A DNA stretch of 64,000 nt, from positions 17,711 to 81,710 of IMG/VR virus record IMGVR_UViG_3300022752_000033; one strand, 5' to 3'. The position numbers and the translations under genes were made by a program. The notes under the pieces were generated by a model. That model was given only the letters and a program-made list of their open reading frames with translations. It ran no database searches and was not told where the DNA came from. Each line of letters starts with the position of its first letter. The first letter of the stretch is position 1. This stretch comes from a virus (Duplodnaviria; Heunggongvirae; Uroviricota; Caudoviricetes). This document shows, piece after piece, positions 17,560 to 27,143 of the stretch.

Positions 17560-20500
17560 AATCTATTTCTTCTTTGCTTAATTCATAATAAGAATATATT
17601 TTTTCATCAGATGGTATTTCTGTGTAATCAATAACAGGGTGTATAAAATTAAAACCGTTCATCCCTCCACTTTTTAAACATAAATAATAAAATTTAGTTA
17701 ATTTTGATTCTTCAAAAACCCATATCATATTATTTGCAATCTCTTCATTTAAACATAAAATAATACCTGACATATGTTTTATTGCACCTACAGGGTCTGT
17801 TTCACCGTCATGATATTTAAAATTAGGTTTACCCGATTTTGTAAATGTAATTTTATTATCATTATAATATGTCGGCAAAATTGACGTATAAGAATAAAAT
17901 GTTTCATCTACCGTTCTTCTTATTTTATATTGATAAAAATTAGTATAAAAAGGTGATTGTGTGTCTGTTTGTTTTTTTAATTTATTGTGATTTACTCCTT
18001 CACTATGTAAAACATTTAATGATTTTTTATTTTTAATCTTATTAATAATTGATATTGATTCTTGTGATACTATATTGGGTAAGGTATCACTTGTTACATT
18101 TATTTTAACGCCTTCAAAAATAAAATCAGTGTCTATTTGTTTTTTCGTATTTTTTACAGCCCAAGTATAAAATGTCGACCCTTCCTTAAAATATTTTTTT
18201 ATGTCGGTATTGACCCAAACAGTTTGATTATCACTGAATATTCCACCAATATCTTTTGAACTATTTGGAAACTGAGGTGTGACAAAAGATAAAATTCCAT
18301 TTTCATTTAATTGTGAAAATCCTTTTTTCACAAAATACCTCCATAGTGCGGTTCTTCCTCCACTTTCTCCTTTACCACTTTGAAATGGTGGATTTCCAAG
18401 TATAACATCAAATTTCATTTTAATTTCTTCATTTAAAAAATCTTTACATTGAACGTTTATAAAACCACGTCGACGTAAATAGTTTATGTATTTTACTCGA
18501 GTATCATACCCGTAAACTCGAGATTTGGCGTCTTCTTCACTATACTTATAAATATAAACTAATCTATTAACTATCTCAATAAGAAACGTTCCTTTTCCCA
18601 TACAAGGGTCTAAGAATAAAGATTTAGGATTTCTCCATACCTCTTCCGGAATTTTATCAAGCATTTGATTAACCAATTCTGATGGTGTAAATACCTCCCC
18701 TTTTGATGGGTCAGATTTCCATTTTGAAAGCGAACTACCTATTTTATTTATAATCACTCCATTCTCTTCATTGTTATATGATGTAATAATTGTATTTAGT
18801 AATTTTTCTGAAACGGCACCCAACAAAATAACTTTCTTCACTATTTCACAATCCACTCCCACTTCAAAAACAACTTCTTCACAAAAACCCTTATCCCTAA
18901 TCATTTCAAGAGTTTCAATAATATTATTTGATTCACAATTATTTATCTCCGATATCTCGACAATATTTTCAACAATATTTGATAAAGATTCTTTTAATTT
19001 TTGACGTTCGTCTTCGGTAGCTTCTCCCTTATTTTTATCTTTTTTTGTTTTTTCTTTTTCGGTTCTGATAATTGTGCTTGAATCTACCCCATCAATCTTT
19101 TCTTTTTCAGTTTGATTATTAATTTCAATTCCTGTTAATACCCTAACTAATTCAGTATCATTCATTACCGAATCAACTTTAACAATATCCATTCCGATTC
19201 TAATTAATTCACTTGAATTAATTAACTTATTTGCATATTCATCAATAATGATGGGTTCCATTAAACCATTTTCATTAACAAATATATTAACTGAACGTAA
19301 TACTCGATTAATCCCGTCACTTAACTCATTAACATCCGTCTTTTCCGCCTCGTAAACAAGATACTCATCAATAGGGCTAACATCTTCACGATTAGGGTCT
19401 AATGATAAAGAAATGATATTACCACTAACTTTTTTAGACTCATCATAGGTATTACCCGGTGTTAAAACTCTCGATATTTTTTGAGCTACTGTTGAATATG
19501 ACCCTCTATCAAACATCAACATAACTGTATCAATTTCCGACACTGAAAAACTTCTAGATGCCATACTTTTACTAAGAAAAACAACTTTCTTACGTTCCCT
19601 TTTAGCACGTGCGACAACACCCTTAGCAAGTTCTTCGGCTTCTTTGTTGGACGTTTCATCACCATTTATTAACTCAACAATATATTGCGGACCTAATGTT
19701 TCTCCCAACAATTTGTGTAATTTTTTTTGTTCTTTCTTATCAGGTGTATTTGCAAAAATCATTGTAACATCTTTGGGACAAATTTCACTAGTATTTAAAT
19801 CAACCAAATATGTTAGTTTCCCATTATAAACCCCAAATAACGATTTAATTAAATCGGTTAATATCGGCTTTGACTTATCAACATCTGAAAGTAATTTAGT
19901 CCAATCAGTCCTGTATTTTGGTTCAACGTCATAAAATTTATCTATAGCACCCCCCAATGATAGTCTCATAAATTGAGGTATAACAATATCTTTTACTGAG
20001 TTTTTACTTTCCTCAATTGATTCCAAATTATCTTGTAGTGGATGTTCTCCGTATTTAACCATCAACATATCACTATAAGACCATCTTAAAATATTATCTC
20101 TAACATTTTTTAATGGATATATAACTTTTTCTATTGCAGTTCCTGTCATATAAACATTTAAACCACAATTAATAAAATCTATTTTATCTTGACTATTGTT
20201 CCTATGAGCTCCGAAGTCCGCCTCATCAATAATCGAAACTTTATCTTTTGATGGTAAATTCTTAATAATTTCTAATTTATCTTCATGCTCTCTCATATGT
20301 AAAGATGCAGGAATCAAAATTAATTTTTTACCATAATTCTCTCTAATTACATCATTTAAATTTTCATCTATTGACGCTAAAACCATGCAATCAGAATATT
20401 TTTTAAAGAAATAAAATTCTTTTTCAAAAGATGAATTTGATGTTAAAACATAACTAGGGATAACACATAACTTTATATTAAACTCTTCAAATAAAGTTTT

Positions 20501-20971
20501 TAACAAATCAATAACCCAAATAGTTTTTCCAAACCTAGGTGCCAACTCCAACGCAAAATCAATAAATTCATATTTTTTTTCTAATTCATATTGATATTTT
20601 TTCAAAAAATTATTTTTCATAACAGTTTGAAAAAACCTTGGAGTATATTCAACTCTTGTATCGTTTTTTTCTTTAGATATAATTTTACTTACACCTAAAA
20701 TTGCTTCTTCATCTGATTTAAATCCTTCAAACCATTCACTGCCTCCCCCTTGATTGACTTTTGCATACCCCATTAATCTCAACTGATAACGAATATAAAA
20801 ATCCGTCAAACCAGTTTCAATTTCCATTACTTTTTGAAGTTTTTCGGAGTTTCCTGTTTGTTGTCCTTTAATTCTATCAATTACTTCTTGCTCTGTTTGA
20901 CCGAATTTGTATCTCCCTTTTTGTCTGTCACTGTTCGTAGTGTAAATGTATATTTTGTTGTTCATTGTCAT
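17537..20971 (-). CDS. 1144-aa fusion: T5orf172/GIY-YIG-like domain + SF2 (DEAD-type) helicase + N6-adenine DNA methyltransferase
   Basis: aa 5-85 IYIY..GRYKFGQT...GSEWFEGF (T5orf172 signature). aa 135-510 APRFGKT (Walker A), SIIDEADFGAH (DEAD box), QKISRVLTPG (motif VI-like). aa 755-1120 VFTPSELV, FLDPCMGKGTFL (motif I), VILGNPPFQ (motif IV). Confidence 0.75.
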   Translation of the reverse strand: MTMNNKIYIYTTNSDRQKGRYKFGQTEQEVIDRIKGQQTGNSEKLQKVMEIETGLTDFYIRYQLRLMGYAKVNQGGGSEWFEGFKSDEEAILGVSKIISKEKNDTRVEYTPRFFQTVMKNNFLKKYQYELEKKYEFIDFALELAPRFGKTIWVIDLLKTLFEEFNIKLCVIPSYVLTSNSSFEKEFYFFKKYSDCMVLASIDENLNDVIRENYGKKLILIPASLHMREHEDKLEIIKNLPSKDKVSIIDEADFGAHRNNSQDKIDFINCGLNVYMTGTAIEKVIYPLKNVRDNILRWSYSDMLMVKYGEHPLQDNLESIEESKNSVKDIVIPQFMRLSLGGAIDKFYDVEPKYRTDWTKLLSDVDKSKPILTDLIKSLFGVYNGKLTYLVDLNTSEICPKDVTMIFANTPDKKEQKKLHKLLGETLGPQYIVELINGDETSNKEAEELAKGVVARAKRERKKVVFLSKSMASRSFSVSEIDTVMLMFDRGSYSTVAQKISRVLTPGNTYDESKKVSGNIISLSLDPNREDVSPIDEYLVYEAEKTDVNELSDGINRVLRSVNIFVNENGLMEPIIIDEYANKLINSSELIRIGMDIVKVDSVMNDTELVRVLTGIEINNQTEKEKIDGVDSSTIIRTEKEKTKKDKNKGEATEDERQKLKESLSNIVENIVEISEINNCESNNIIETLEMIRDKGFCEEVVFEVGVDCEIVKKVILLGAVSEKLLNTIITSYNNEENGVIINKIGSSLSKWKSDPSKGEVFTPSELVNQMLDKIPEEVWRNPKSLFLDPCMGKGTFLIEIVNRLVYIYKYSEEDAKSRVYGYDTRVKYINYLRRRGFINVQCKDFLNEEIKMKFDVILGNPPFQSGKGESGGRTALWRYFVKKGFSQLNENGILSFVTPQFPNSSKDIGGIFSDNQTVWVNTDIKKYFKEGSTFYTWAVKNTKKQIDTDFIFEGVKINVTSDTLPNIVSQESISIINKIKNKKSLNVLHSEGVNHNKLKKQTDTQSPFYTNFYQYKIRRTVDETFYSYTSILPTYYNDNKITFTKSGKPNFKYHDGETDPVGAIKHMSGIILCLNEEIANNMIWVFEESKLTKFYYLCLKSGGMNGFNFIHPVIDYTEIPSDEKIYSYYELSKEEIDYVESKIN

Positions 20972-21000
20972 AATATTAATAAAAATAAATTACTTAATCA

Positions 21001-21029
21001 AAAAAAAAAAGTCTCACTATTGTGAGACT
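21001..21029 (-). terminator. rho-independent terminator downstream of sbcC-like gene
   Basis: 8-bp hairpin AGTCTCAC-TATT-GTGAGACT followed on the minus strand by a run of 10 T. Confidence 0.6.
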
Positions 21030-23395
21030 CTACTAATATTCTCAACCTTCGTAATCTTCACCACATTATTCGCCCAATTATTAACAAGTGGGTTATGTGT
21101 GATTACAAAAATCTTTTCAAAATACTCCTTCATTTTATTGAAGAATTCTCCAACCATATCCAAGTTCTCATTACTAACCTTACCGAACACTTCGTCCCAA
21201 ACTATGATGTTTGGTTTTGGTAGAGAACAAACCTTACTTAACACAGCTCTTAAAGCCATACTAGCAATTGTCCTCTCATAACCCGAACCTGACGCCATCA
21301 GTTTCTCAATACCGGTGGAGTTGTCAATCATCATAAACTCAACCTCATTCTTTTCGTTGATTCTAATCTCCAAGTTGAAGTAACAAGAATCCATAAGAAG
21401 TCTTTGAAGTTCCTGATTGATTAAAGGCATCATCGTTTTCATAATCATCTTGGATATTCCGTTCTTCCCGAATACATCCATATAGATTTTATAAACTTTC
21501 TCCCTCTCAAACTCTTCGGCAATCATCGTGATAATCTCATTGTTCTTTTCAATTCTCTCCGTGTGATTTTTGATGTTGAGTTGGTTTGATACTTTAATTC
21601 TATCATAACTTCTCTTCTCATCAATGAGTTCATTTATTCTCATATTCGCTTTAATAAGTTGAGCTTCAACATCATTATTCTTTTTGATTTTCTCTTGAAC
21701 CTTTTCATATCTTCCCAACTTTTCTTCTAGTTGTTGTTTTTTGTTTACGGCACTTTCAAGACTAATCTCATACTTTTCCTTAATGAGTTTATTTTTCTCA
21801 TACTTATCAAACTCATTTTTGAGTTCAACAAATGATTTCTCTTCCAATTCAAGTTTTGTAACATCATCACTTAAACTGTTGTGTTTCTCCTTCCATCCAT
21901 CAAGTTCAGAGATTTTCTTTTTGGTGAGTTCCGCTTCCATCAATTTAATCCCGCAGTGTTGACATTGCATCCCATCACCATACTTGTTAACCATATCAGA
22001 TATATCTTCCACCTTGTCCCAAGCCCTGTTTTTTTCAATCTTGGTGTTGAGAAGTTTCTCCTTCACCTCATCGTGCTTGTCTTCGTGGTAATACTCCTTC
22101 GGTTCAACAACCTCAACGGATGCGATGTTTCTTTCAAGGTCTTTGATTGTGCTGTCCGCCCCTGAGATTTGCGTTTTAAGTGTATCCGGGTTTAAAATAA
22201 CCAACTCTTGGTCTAGGTCTGTATACTTGGAACCAATAAGTCCGTCCTTGTAATCCTGACCCTTCTTTAACCTGGTATCCACATCCACAATCTGCTTGTC
22301 AGCATTTTCAATCTGTCCTTGTAAAGTTTTAATCTCTTCCTTTGAGGTTTCGTTCTGTTGTCTCAACGACTCGGTGTTATAGACATTAGACATCATCCCC
22401 TTTGAGAACTCCGAATAGATTTCCTTTGCGGTTTCTTCCTTCTTCTTGATAAATTCAAGTCCAAGAAATCTTGATAAAACCTGTCCTCTTGCCGTTGGTT
22501 TCGCCTCAATTAAATCTTCAAGATTGGATGCGGTTGTTAGAATCGTCATAAGAAAATCATCCATATTCCCGATGGAATTTTTTATGAAGTTCTCTGTTTC
22601 TCTTCTCTGTTCTCCGGTGAAGTTTTGAAGTTGCCCGTCAGCAAGTTTTTTAAAGAAGTCAAGTTCACTCTTGACGTTCCATTCTCCCGCTTTATTCTTC
22701 TTTCTTTCAATACTTCTGGCGATGATATAATCCTCACCATCAATTGTAATCTCACCCTTAACACTTACTTTGTTGCTATCGGAGAATCTATTGAAAATCT
22801 CCTCGGCTTTCTGTGTCTTGGTGGTTGTATTGAAGAATAAGAACATAAGCAAATCCACACTAAGGACTGTCTTACCACCGAAATTAGGGGGGTCTGATTC
22901 AACTACGGTAATACCATTACACTTCTCAAAATCAATCACTTGGTTCTCACCATAAGATAAGAAGTTGCTAAATTCAATCTTTTTGATATACCACTTCTTG
23001 AATGGAGAAATCTCAACTTCATCCGTAATCATTCTTGATTCAACTGCTGAGTCAATATTCATAACACTATCAATCAAGTTTGCGTGTCCTTTGGCTTCAA
23101 CCAAACTTCTAACTAACTCCCTTTGATAGTTCTTATCCATAATGTTTACTGAAACATCTATGGTTTGCTGAACGTCATCCGTTGTTTTAACCTTTGTGAT
23201 TACGTTAATGTTGTTGGACGCATATTTCTTTTGGAAATATTGTTTCACCGATTTAATTCTCTCCTGTGTGAAGTTCTCGGGTGTGTCTTCCCAAATAACC
23301 TGAATGTAGGGGTTGTCTAATGTTGAGACATCTAATTTATGTGCCATAGTTTTTGTATTAAATTCCGGTTTTGGATTGAATAAATCCCATTTCAT
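21017..23395 (-). CDS. SbcC/Rad50-like recombination ATPase (T4 gp46-like)
   Basis: N-terminal P-loop (FGGKTVLS), long central coiled coil with CQHCG zinc-hook-like CxxC, C-terminal signature/Walker B/H-loop (SGSGYE, IIVWDEVFG, FVITHN). Confidence 0.8.
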   Translation of the reverse strand: MKWDLFNPKPEFNTKTMAHKLDVSTLDNPYIQVIWEDTPENFTQERIKSVKQYFQKKYASNNINVITKVKTTDDVQQTIDVSVNIMDKNYQRELVRSLVEAKGHANLIDSVMNIDSAVESRMITDEVEISPFKKWYIKKIEFSNFLSYGENQVIDFEKCNGITVVESDPPNFGGKTVLSVDLLMFLFFNTTTKTQKAEEIFNRFSDSNKVSVKGEITIDGEDYIIARSIERKKNKAGEWNVKSELDFFKKLADGQLQNFTGEQRRETENFIKNSIGNMDDFLMTILTTASNLEDLIEAKPTARGQVLSRFLGLEFIKKKEETAKEIYSEFSKGMMSNVYNTESLRQQNETSKEEIKTLQGQIENADKQIVDVDTRLKKGQDYKDGLIGSKYTDLDQELVILNPDTLKTQISGADSTIKDLERNIASVEVVEPKEYYHEDKHDEVKEKLLNTKIEKNRAWDKVEDISDMVNKYGDGMQCQHCGIKLMEAELTKKKISELDGWKEKHNSLSDDVTKLELEEKSFVELKNEFDKYEKNKLIKEKYEISLESAVNKKQQLEEKLGRYEKVQEKIKKNNDVEAQLIKANMRINELIDEKRSYDRIKVSNQLNIKNHTERIEKNNEIITMIAEEFEREKVYKIYMDVFGKNGISKMIMKTMMPLINQELQRLLMDSCYFNLEIRINEKNEVEFMMIDNSTGIEKLMASGSGYERTIASMALRAVLSKVCSLPKPNIIVWDEVFGKVSNENLDMVGEFFNKMKEYFEKIFVITHNPLVNNWANNVVKITKVENISRVSQ

Positions 23396-23571
23396 TATTG
23401 GGGGTTTTGTGTTGTTCCTGATTCTGCCTCGTATTTCTTTTTCAACTCTTCTATTTGAGTTTTCATTGCTTCGGAGAATAGTTTTTGCATCGCACTTTCT
23501 CTTTTTTTAATTTCCAAGTTTCTTGTGGCGATTTTTTCTCTGTGCCCCTTTCTTTGTTTTGACTTTGCCAT
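23395..23571 (-). CDS. possible small basic protein (58 aa), stop overlapping the sbcC start (TAATG)
   Basis: ATG-started ORF filling the 180-bp gap; below the ORF-track cut-off. Confidence 0.3.
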   Translation of the reverse strand: MAKSKQRKGHREKIATRNLEIKKRESAMQKLFSEAMKTQIEELKKKYEAESGTTQNPQ

Positions 23572-23573
23572 TA

Positions 23574-23933
23574 TTATAATATTTGATTGTTATTAGGTCT
23601 ATTTTGTTCGAACCATTCAATGATTGAATTAATCGCCCATACCGCTCCTGATGCTAAAAACGCATCGAAGAACCAAGAATACCAAGAACTAACTCCAAGT
23701 AGTTCGTGTACTGGTGAATATACCAAAAGTGATAAAAACCATCCACAATGCGTCCCAAAACACATCATACAGGAAGTCATTCCTTCTAAGAACTTTCCTA
23801 TCGGTTGAATCATTGGTAAAGGAGTTACCGCCATCTCTGCGAATAAGTTTCTAACTCCTGAGAAAATTTTTGAATAAACGACGATGTTGCTTAATCCGTA
23901 AGCCATAATCATCCATAGTGCTAGTTGTGTCAT
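23574..23933 (-). CDS. membrane protein
   Basis: 3-4 hydrophobic helices. Confidence 0.45.
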   Translation of the reverse strand: MTQLALWMIMAYGLSNIVVYSKIFSGVRNLFAEMAVTPLPMIQPIGKFLEGMTSCMMCFGTHCGWFLSLLVYSPVHELLGVSSWYSWFFDAFLASGAVWAINSIIEWFEQNRPNNNQIL

Positions 23934-23947
23934 AATTAAAATATAGT

Positions 23948-24382
23948 TTAAAAAAGTTTATCGTTCAAGTTTGAACCCCTCAAATATGTTGCTGAGTTTA
24001 TTTGGTTAACCTGAATATTGTTTATTGTTTGTTCTAATTCTTTTATTTTTTTATCCTTCTCAATGTTCTCCGATTTGAGTTTATGTAAGGTTTGTTCTAA
24101 AGCTTTGAGTTTTGTATTGTCCTGTTCCTTTTCCACAATAACTTCTCTTATAACTTCCACAGGAACCTCAACAATCTTTTCAACTTCCTTTATTACCTCT
24201 ACAATCTTTTCGACCTCCTTCTCAACCACTTTGGCACCTTCCGAGAGTAATCCGTATCGTTCTATCGAAAATCCAGTTGTAAAGGATTTCTTGACTACTT
24301 CACTCACTAATAAGTCGTTGAGATTACAATAAGAAACTAGTTCTTTGTGCTCTGCATTAGATAAATTTATTTTTACTTCCAT
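23948..24382 (-). CDS. coiled-coil protein with internal EVEKIVEV repeats
   Basis: KEVEKIVEVIKEVEKIVEVPVEVIREVIVEK tandem peptide repeats; the underlying DNA is also repeated. Confidence 0.45.
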   Translation of the reverse strand: MEVKINLSNAEHKELVSYCNLNDLLVSEVVKKSFTTGFSIERYGLLSEGAKVVEKEVEKIVEVIKEVEKIVEVPVEVIREVIVEKEQDNTKLKALEQTLHKLKSENIEKDKKIKELEQTINNIQVNQINSATYLRGSNLNDKLF

Positions 24383-25161
24383 TAGTAGTTGATTAGTTTC
24401 TCTGTCCCTTCTACGAGTATATCAATTGAATTGATATAAAATTTTAGGAATGGTTTAGGGTTTGGTAAGTCAATAAAGGTATATTCGTCCTTTTCAAGTT
24501 CATACACACCATATCCGTGAGCCTTGATGGTTTCACCGAAGTTCTGTTGAATGGTTGAACCAATCATATATGCCTTCTTTTTACCGGGAATATCAAACAC
24601 CTGACGTTTATGAATATCTCCACACAAAACCAAATCACAACCTTTAAACTTGGCAACATCAAATCCATCTTCAAATTTGTGTCCAATATCTGTTGATAAC
24701 CCAATAACCGGTCCGTGAAATAATCCAATATTTGTTTTATCGGATTTCATAATATCGGGTGGAATGTTGTGTTGAACTAATGAATAAACACACCAATTAA
24801 CATTATCATCTTCATATACACCCCTATCTTTCAAATAGACAACATTCTCATTCTGTAATGAATCAATAATAGGTGTGAGAGCATCCAATCTCTGAACGTT
24901 ATTTTCAAGGAAGTCGTGATTACCTATTATAACAATAGTTTTCGTAATCTTGGAACATTCTGTCAATACCCAAGCAACAAACTCAATAAGCTCCGGAGTC
25001 ATTTGGTTCTTACTATGAACTAAATCACCTGTGAATACAATTCTATCCGGAGCAATTGATTTCCACTCCGAGAACGCTTGTTCCAATATTTTTCTGTAAA
25101 GTTCGTGGTCTTTAAACAACCTAATATGTAAGTCGCTGAAATGAACTAATTTTTTAATCAT
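24382..25161 (-). CDS. SbcD/Mre11-like nuclease (T4 gp47-like, calcineurin-fold phosphoesterase)
   Basis: Metallophosphatase motifs HFSDLH, GDLVH, GNHD, GHxH-like region. Confidence 0.8.
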   Translation of the reverse strand: MIKKLVHFSDLHIRLFKDHELYRKILEQAFSEWKSIAPDRIVFTGDLVHSKNQMTPELIEFVAWVLTECSKITKTIVIIGNHDFLENNVQRLDALTPIIDSLQNENVVYLKDRGVYEDDNVNWCVYSLVQHNIPPDIMKSDKTNIGLFHGPVIGLSTDIGHKFEDGFDVAKFKGCDLVLCGDIHKRQVFDIPGKKKAYMIGSTIQQNFGETIKAHGYGVYELEKDEYTFIDLPNPKPFLKFYINSIDILVEGTEKLINY

Positions 25162-25507
25162 AAGTTTCTATTTTTTTATCGTTGTAGGTTATTGTGATTT
25201 GTTTAGTTGGTATACCCTCCTTATCTAATACATCGTCTACATCATCTATTTGATACTTAGTCTCTGCTAATTCATGTCTTTCGTCCCAAGTCAACTCCCT
25301 TTCCTCAATTTTTAATCCCCACCTTTCACTAAACTCCGGGTCTGTTTTACATTTGTTGATGAATTCTTGTTTATAAAGAACCCTCACTTCTTTTAGAAAT
25401 GAACCTTCTTCTTGTTTAACCAAACAATCTTCTTCATTATTAACCGAGACCTTTCTCCAATAGTTTAAAAAAACCTCATCCAATAATTCTTGTTGTTCTT
25501 TATTCAT
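25154..25507 (-). CDS. paralog A of a small tandem gene family (shared C-terminal ITITYNDKxIExY tail)
   Basis: Aligns along its length with 25500..25832. Confidence 0.5.
   Translation of the reverse strand: MNKEQQELLDEVFLNYWRKVSVNNEEDCLVKQEEGSFLKEVRVLYKQEFINKCKTDPEFSERWGLKIEERELTWDERHELAETKYQIDDVDDVLDKEGIPTKQITITYNDKKIETYD
25159..25200. repeat. junction repeat (cataa(g/c)tttctatt..tttatcgttgtaggttattgtgatt); copies also at 25505-25545 and partially at 25816-25845
   Basis: Three gene-gene junctions share about 40 bp of near-identical DNA covering stop and start overlaps. Confidence 0.6.
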
Positions 25508-25832
25508 AACTTTCTATTGCTTTATCGTTGTAGGTTATTGTGATTACTTTGGTTGGGATATTATATTTAATATAATCTTCTTCTGATATTGCAGTCATCT
25601 TGCTTTTCTGTGCTGCACATAAATCATATCTTTCTTCTTCACTCAACTCCCTCTCCTCAATCTGCAATCCCCACTTATTTGAGAACTCATTATCAATTTT
25701 GCATTTGTGGATAAAGGTCTCTATCGTTTCAAACCAAGTACCTGTTGGAGTAGATGGTAACGATTTGAATCCATATTCCATAAGAGCATCTTCATATACC
25801 TTGTTAATAATCTGTTGTTGTTCGTTATTCAT
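25500..25832 (-). CDS. paralog B of the same tandem family
   Basis: KCK(T/I)D(P/N)EFS(E/N)(R/K)WGL(K/Q)IEERELS...IPTK(Q/V)ITITYNDK(K/A)IE(T/S)Y(D/E). Confidence 0.5.
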   Translation of the reverse strand: MNNEQQQIINKVYEDALMEYGFKSLPSTPTGTWFETIETFIHKCKIDNEFSNKWGLQIEERELSEEERYDLCAAQKSKMTAISEEDYIKYNIPTKVITITYNDKAIESYE

Positions 25833-26061
25833 AACTTTCTATTTTATCATTTCCAAATAAATCAAAATCCTTATTCATATGTCCGCAACTATCACATTTG
25901 TAAGTTGGGAATGGGACCAAGGTGTCGTCGGGAGCTCCGGTCAACAACCTTGATACCTTTTTTATCAACACAATTTCTTTAAAATGTGTTCCTCCACATT
26001 TTTCACAGGTTACGGTAGGTTGTTCCTTTAAGTTGATTTGGGGTTTTACTAATTCACTCAT
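25825..26061 (-). CDS. small zinc-ribbon protein sharing the C-terminal NDKIESYE tail
   Basis: CEKCGG...CDSCGH zinc ribbon; same C-terminal tail and same junction DNA repeat as the two genes downstream. Confidence 0.45.
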   Translation of the reverse strand: MSELVKPQINLKEQPTVTCEKCGGTHFKEIVLIKKVSRLLTGAPDDTLVPFPTYKCDSCGHMNKDFDLFGNDKIESYE

Positions 26062-26918
26062 ATATTAATTTTTTCTAAGTTTGATACAAAGTCATTTATC
26101 TTATTCTTTGCATTTAAAATATAGTCAATATCATTAACTTTTTCAAGTAGTGCAATGGATTCTGTTAAAGTTTCAAAATCAATACCCGATAACTCTCTAA
26201 TTGTGGATTCAATTACGTCTTTTGACTTGATGATTTTTTGGTATCTATATCCGTTTAACCTAATCTTACTCATTATTTTAAAAATAACATCCGGACTCCA
26301 TTTTTCACTTTTTATTATAAATTCAGAATCAATCTGTCTATCCAACACATTATAACATTCAATCGTACCGGTAAATGAATCATCGTCTTTTCTAATATAG
26401 AAGGCAATTTTTGAAAGATTGTCGTTCATATCTTTTTTTGAGATTAAATAAACCAAGTATCCGGTTCTAACATATGATGTAAATGTACTAGGTGCCGTTT
26501 TTGATGCGGTGCACCATTTGGTATTTGCACCATATTTTAACGAACCTTTATGTGTCTTTGGACGGAGAAGTATATAGTCATCTGTCTCTTCAATAACTTC
26601 TGCGTGTTCTTCTCTATTAAAAGTCTTTTCTTCTTTATCCACCATCGCCTTATTTAACACCTCCAAAAAATAAGTTATGTTTTCATAATCTTTGCGGTAA
26701 ATGTCCTTGTTCTCAATATATGGTAGTAATTCATCAAACATATTAACAAGTTGAATTAAATGAATTGAATTTGTAATCTCTGAAGTTTTATTAACCCAAG
26801 TTTTTAACATAAATGGCAAATACTTTTTTGTTTTTGTTTTGTCTCCTTCAACAAATCTATTGAAGACCGCAGCCGTGATTTTTGGGTATTTTGCTTTTAA
26901 TTCTTCTACTTTTGACAT
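26058..26918 (-). CDS. hypothetical protein
   Basis: ORF only. Confidence 0.5.
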   Translation of the reverse strand: MSKVEELKAKYPKITAAVFNRFVEGDKTKTKKYLPFMLKTWVNKTSEITNSIHLIQLVNMFDELLPYIENKDIYRKDYENITYFLEVLNKAMVDKEEKTFNREEHAEVIEETDDYILLRPKTHKGSLKYGANTKWCTASKTAPSTFTSYVRTGYLVYLISKKDMNDNLSKIAFYIRKDDDSFTGTIECYNVLDRQIDSEFIIKSEKWSPDVIFKIMSKIRLNGYRYQKIIKSKDVIESTIRELSGIDFETLTESIALLEKVNDIDYILNAKNKINDFVSNLEKINI

Positions 26919-26932
26919 AGTTTATTTTTTTA

Positions 26933-27142
26933 TTATGGTTTGTATAATTCTGTGTGATTTGATTCTCCTATTAAACGTTGGACTTCTTCCCAATACTTTT
27001 TACCTCCGGAAGACATTGTCTGTTCGCAAACGTATTTTGCAATGTCTTTGGCGATGGTAACGTTCTTGTCGTGGGACAACTCTAACGCCCACCTTTGATA
27101 TGCGGTGGTGTAAAGGTTTTGTGCGGTTTCAATATGTTTCAT
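26933..27142 (-). CDS. hypothetical small protein
   Basis: ORF only. Confidence 0.35.
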   Translation of the reverse strand: MKHIETAQNLYTTAYQRWALELSHDKNVTIAKDIAKYVCEQTMSSGGKKYWEEVQRLIGESNHTELYKP

Positions 27143-27143
27143 A

